From: Polyangiales bacterium
Lineage (GTDB): Bacteria > Myxococcota_A > Polyangia > Polyangiales > Ga0077539
DNA: 64,000 nt
Direction of reading: 5' to 3'
NCBI GenBank assembly: GCA_044229975.1
Contig: JBGARZ010000017.1
Location: 1 to 64,000 of the forward strand
The translations under genes were made by a program, and so were the position numbers. This document shows, piece by piece, positions 60,206 to 64,000 of the stretch. A model generated the notes under the pieces. The model did no database searches. It was given only the letters and a program-made list of their open reading frames with translations, and was not told the DNA's origin. How positions within the stretch are numbered: position 1 is the first letter of the stretch; each line of letters begins with the position of its first letter.

Positions 60206-61227
60206 CGTTCGGGTCGCGTGCGGGGAGGCATGAGGTCCATGGAGTGGGTCACAGAGCAGACGGCGTGCCGCGGTGCAGTCCGACCGCGCGCGGCGTCCGA
60301 TCCACGCGAGCAGCGCCTGTAGAAACGGTGCGAGCGGCAGGCGTCCGAGGAGGGCCGCGAGGTCGCGCGGGGACGCTCGCTCGTCGAGGAAGCGGAGCAC
60401 CGGCTCGACGCTTCCCCGGTGGAACATCGCCGCGAACACGCCGGGCATCCGCGCGGGCCATCGCGCCCACAACAGCAGGAAGACCTCGTCGAGGAAGCCG
60501 CAGAGCCGCCGCCTCTTCGGCGCTTCCATCGGGTCCCCAGGTGTTTGCAGCGAACGGAGGATCGCGGCGCTTTCCTCCAGGATGCGCGAGACCGCGTAAC
60601 CCGTGGAGGGCTTGAGCCGGCCCGCAGCCACGCCGATGCGACGGGTTCGCGGGCCGGCGAAGGGCGGGAGTCGCCGCGTGGTCAGCGGGCTCGCGCCGCC
60701 CTCGCGCGCGGTGACCTCCAGGGCACCGACACCGTACACGGTCGCCAGATAGCGCCGCAGGGTGGACTCGGCCTCTGCCCCCATCGGCTGGAGGCTCACC
60801 ATCTCGACCAGCGCCTCGCGCGCCGAGAAGGGCAGCAGATACGCGAAGTGCTCGCCGTTTCCGGCGCCACACCGGAAGTCGAGGAAAACCGCCGCGGACG
60901 GGTCGAACGCGTCCGTCGCAGTGCGGACGACGATCCCGTGGAAGTGCTGCCGGGTCGGCTCGTCGTCGTCCTTCTCCGCGACCGGATCTTCTCGCGGGAG
61001 GCGACTGTCGAAGACCCACCGTGCCTCCCACGGCTTCCCGTCGACCGTCACCCGCGTGAGTTCTCCCTCCGTCCTCACCTCGGTCGCCCGACCCTCGACG
61101 ACGTGGTGTCGAGGGTCGGCTCGCAGAGCCTCCGTCACTGACCGTCGGAGGTCGGCGAGGAAGAAGGTCTGGTCGCGAGACAGAGCCCGGACACCCCCGC
61201 GCCGATGATCGCGACGTCGTAGACCAT
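60206..61227 (-). pseudogene. Lycopene cyclase-family flavoprotein, internally deleted and frameshifted
   Basis: ATG61227 gives MVYDVAIIGAGVSGLCLA (GxGxxG) and stops after 30 codons. The body (VFDSR, QHFHG, FAYLLPFS, KPSTGY) is in another frame that runs into mgtA. Confidence 0.7.
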
Positions 61228-61234
61228 CAGCCTC

Positions 61235-61729
61235 TCATTCCCCCGCTCGGGTCAGCAGAGAGGCCTCGGCCTCGAAGGTCGCGTTCAGCAGATCGACGAG
61301 ACGAGACTCCGCGGCGCGGCCCACGAGGGGGGCGCGGATCGAAAGGAAGACTTCGACGCAGCGCCGGGTGCCGCCATCGGCTCGGGGCGTGAGCGAGTAG
61401 GTCCCATGGCAGGTCACCCGCCGGGCCGCGACCTCGGGAAGGCACGGGGAGATCGTGAAGCGTCCGGCGTGCGCGGCGCGTGACCACTCGACGTGCTCGA
61501 CCCAAGCCACCGTCGGCAGCCATGCGAAGGCGCCACCCAGCCACCCGGGCCGCGCTCGGAACCGCGCCGTGGGTGTGACGAGGTCGCCCCGCGCCGTGCG
61601 CTCGAGGAGGCGCCCCTCGGCGAGCGCGGGGCAGGTGCTGCCCAGGGACGCGGGGAAGCCCGGGTCGAGGAGCGTTGCCTCGACGTGTTCGAGGTCGGCC
61701 GGGATGCGATGGTCGATACGATGATGCAT
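61235..61729 (-). CDS. DUF2505/SRPBCC-like protein
   Basis: 164 aa; GTYSLTP...GGTRR...IRAPLVGRAAE pattern. A sigma-54-like site lies at 61784-61799. Confidence 0.6.
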   Translation of the reverse strand: MHHRIDHRIPADLEHVEATLLDPGFPASLGSTCPALAEGRLLERTARGDLVTPTARFRARPGWLGGAFAWLPTVAWVEHVEWSRAAHAGRFTISPCLPEVAARRVTCHGTYSLTPRADGGTRRCVEVFLSIRAPLVGRAAESRLVDLLNATFEAEASLLTRAGE

Positions 61730-61966
61730 TCGAAGGAAGTGACGACGCTCCGAACCGGTGCGTCGTTTGACCGTAGGTCCCTCCGCAACGGACGTGCCGC
61801 GTGGAGATGCATCTCGAGGTGAGAACGGCATCACGCGGGGCGCAGATCCTTCACGCGACGGTGCAGGTCCTGCGTCGACATCGCTCATGCGTTCGCGGCC
61901 ATCGAGATCCCTTCGTGCGTCGGCGATGGATGAGGCATCGGCCCGCAATCTGCACTCGCTCCGGGC

Positions 61967-62341
61967 ATGCCCCACCATGCAGTCCTCTGGATCGATCACC
62001 ACGAAGCCCGTCTCTTCGCGCTGGAGGGAGACGACCTCCGCGCCGAGGTGATGGTCGCGCACCCGCACCGCGCGTCGCACGCCCACCGCCACGTCGAGAC
62101 CCGGCACGCGGAGTCGGACGCGCGCTTCCTCGACGACGTCGCCGCGGCGCTCGAGAGCGCCGACCCGCTCCTCGTGGTCGGCCCCGGGACGGCGAAGCTC
62201 GAACTGATCCGCTACCTGCACCGCAAGGCGCCGACCATCGAGTCGCGGGTGGTTGGCGTGGAGACCGTCGACCACCCCACGGACGGGCAGGTGGTCGCCT
62301 TCGCGCGGCGCTACTTCCGCGCCTCCGACCGCATGCACTGA
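61967..62341 (+). CDS. eRF1-domain-like 'translational machinery' protein
   Basis: HAVLWIDHHEAR...LVVGPGTAK...VGVETVDHPTDGQVVA. Confidence 0.8.
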   Translation: MPHHAVLWIDHHEARLFALEGDDLRAEVMVAHPHRASHAHRHVETRHAESDARFLDDVAAALESADPLLVVGPGTAKLELIRYLHRKAPTIESRVVGVETVDHPTDGQVVAFARRYFRASDRMH

Positions 62342-62348
62342 CCGCCCG

Positions 62349-63533
62349 TCACGCGCCGTCGCGTGGGAACCACAGCGTGAAGGAGGCACCCCGCCCGGGC
62401 GCGGTCTCCAGCTCGATGCGCCCGCCGTGGCGGCGCACGAAGGCGTAGACCATCGCGAGCCCGAGGCCCGTCCCCTCGTCGCCCTTGGTCGTGAAGAACG
62501 GCTCGAACACCCGCCGCTCGACCTCCGGGCTCATCCCGGGGCCGTCGTCGGACACGCGCACCCACGACCCGTCGGACGACCCTCCCGTCGCGACGGAGAC
62601 GGTGCCGCCTCCGGGCATTGCGTCGATCGCGTTGACCACGAGGTTCACCAGCGCGGCCACGCCCTCGCCGGCCGCGAGCTGCACCGGCGGCGGCGCGCGG
62701 AGGTCCTCGACGAACGCGTACGTCACGCCCGTCTTCGCGCGGGCGCGCCCGATGGTCAGGGCCTCGCGCGCGATGCGATCGAGCTCGGTCGGCTCGGGAC
62801 GCCCCGAGGGCGTCTGGTGGCTGAAGGCGCGCAGCCGCTCCAGGGTCTCCACGCCGCGCCCCAGCACCGACTGCATCTCCGCGATGGAGCCTTGCGCCTC
62901 GGAGGCGTCCCGCGGCAGCAGGCGGCGCAGGTACTGGAGGTTGAGCGAGAGGGGGTTGAGGATGTTCTTGAGGTCGTGGGAGACGCTCGCGGCCATCTGC
63001 CCGAGCGCCCGCAGCTTCTCGCCCCGCTCCAGAGCCGCGCGCGAGTCCCGGAGCCGCTGGTACGACTGCGCGAGCTCGGCGTACTGGGCCGCCCCCGCGA
63101 GCCCCGCCGCCGCGAGGTCGACCAGGCCCTCCACCAGCACCTGCGCGCCCTCGTCCATGGCGCGTCCCGCCCGGTAGAGCAGCACCAACGACCCGAACAC
63201 CCCGCCCCCGCTCACGAGCGGGATCGTAACCGGCCGACCGAAGCCGCCGCCGACCGCCGTGAGGAGCGCGTCGCCGATCTCTTCACCCACCAGGTCCGCG
63301 TCCGCGGTGAAGTCGATGGGCGCGTCGGGCAGCCCCGTGGACGCGACGAGGCGCGAGGCGCCCGCAGACGTCACGGCGAGGGCGGCCGCCGCGTCGGCGC
63401 TGGCCTCCGTGACGGCGGCGCAGGCGAGCGCTGCGAGGACGTCGTCGGGTTTGGCGCTGCGGGTGACCAGTCGGCCGAAGTCCACGAGCGCGGTGAGGGC
63501 GCGGCGGCCCTCGTCGGTGTGCAGGGAGGCCAT
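62349..63533 (-). CDS. GAF-domain sensor histidine kinase
   Basis: SHDLKNIL, NLVVNAIDA, DDGPG, FEPFFTTK, GTGLGL. Confidence 0.88.
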   Translation of the reverse strand: MASLHTDEGRRALTALVDFGRLVTRSAKPDDVLAALACAAVTEASADAAAALAVTSAGASRLVASTGLPDAPIDFTADADLVGEEIGDALLTAVGGGFGRPVTIPLVSGGGVFGSLVLLYRAGRAMDEGAQVLVEGLVDLAAAGLAGAAQYAELAQSYQRLRDSRAALERGEKLRALGQMAASVSHDLKNILNPLSLNLQYLRRLLPRDASEAQGSIAEMQSVLGRGVETLERLRAFSHQTPSGRPEPTELDRIAREALTIGRARAKTGVTYAFVEDLRAPPPVQLAAGEGVAALVNLVVNAIDAMPGGGTVSVATGGSSDGSWVRVSDDGPGMSPEVERRVFEPFFTTKGDEGTGLGLAMVYAFVRRHGGRIELETAPGRGASFTLWFPRDGA

Positions 63534-63636
63534 CGGGTGGGGGATAGTCACTCTGGCGCGAAGGCGTCGCTTCTTGCAATCCCGTCCCGCCGACCCTTGC
63601 CCCGCGCGCGGCGTCGGGGCTACCACTCGCGGGGGT

Positions 63637-64000
63637 ATGCACCACGACGAATTCCTCCACATGATCGACGAGCGCGAGCTGGCGAGTCGCCGGGCGTTCT
63701 TCGAACTCACTGACGAGGACCTCGCGCGCCTCGCGGCGCTCCGGCCCTTCGCCGAGCGCCATCTCGACGACATCAACGAGGCCTTCTACGAGCTGCTCCT
63801 GGGGCACCTGGAGAGCCGCCGCTTCTTCCCCGACGAGGCGACGGTGCGCCGCGTGAAGCGCCTACAGCGCGACTACTTCCTCGGGCTCTTCGACGGGCGC
63901 TGTGACATGGACTACGTGCGCAACCGCCTCCGCGTCGGGGCCGCGCACGAGCGCATTGGGATGGCCCCGCGCTGGTACATCGGAGCCTACCGCAAGTACC
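63637..64000 (+). CDS. Protoglobin/globin-coupled sensor (partial, runs off the window)
   Basis: FFELTDED...FYELL...LQRDYF...RVGAAHERIGMAPRWYIGAY. Confidence 0.85.
   Translation, partial: MHHDEFLHMIDERELASRRAFFELTDEDLARLAALRPFAERHLDDINEAFYELLLGHLESRRFFPDEATVRRVKRLQRDYFLGLFDGRCDMDYVRNRLRVGAAHERIGMAPRWYIGAYRKY

Noticed and set aside
63551..63580. Sigma-54 site upstream of the globin gene
   Set aside because: GG-to-GC spacing is 11 nt rather than the required 10.

Overview
High-GC bacterial DNA, roughly 70% GC by eye. A Myxococcota/Polyangia-like host is inferred from an AgmX/PglI-type Ser/Thr kinase, a Cys-rich lipoprotein remnant and sigma-54-like promoters. Positions ~1-49.8 kb are a dense defence/mobile island. 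Its left end has a nuclease-STAND-TPR (Avs/NLR-like) gene, a HEPN-like gene, and an HsdR_N-like nuclease gene split by an intact 4.17-kb ParB-carrying IS21 element (7-bp target duplication). IS remnants, a large serine recombinase with two ParB/RepB genes, a PLD-SF2 helicase (SauUSI-like) and a DUF4041/GIY-YIG gene follow, and IetAS lies at its right end. Two uncharacterised operons stand out. One is a two-gene unit: a 1059-aa protein whose C-terminal half looks like a very divergent Argonaute MID-PIWI module, coupled to a 1277-aa putative nuclease-SF2 helicase. The other is a seven-gene, fully translationally coupled unit: Ycf46 AAA+, SF1 helicase, two unknowns, DUF2997, DUF1257 and an orphan radical SAM protein. 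Positions ~50-64 kb look like a host low-oxygen/stress cluster: Acg nitroreductase pseudogene, beta-CASP nuclease, CBS protein, phosphoketolase, MgtA, histidine kinases and a globin sensor. No tRNA, rRNA or CRISPR array was recognised. All family calls come from reading motifs by eye, not from database searches.
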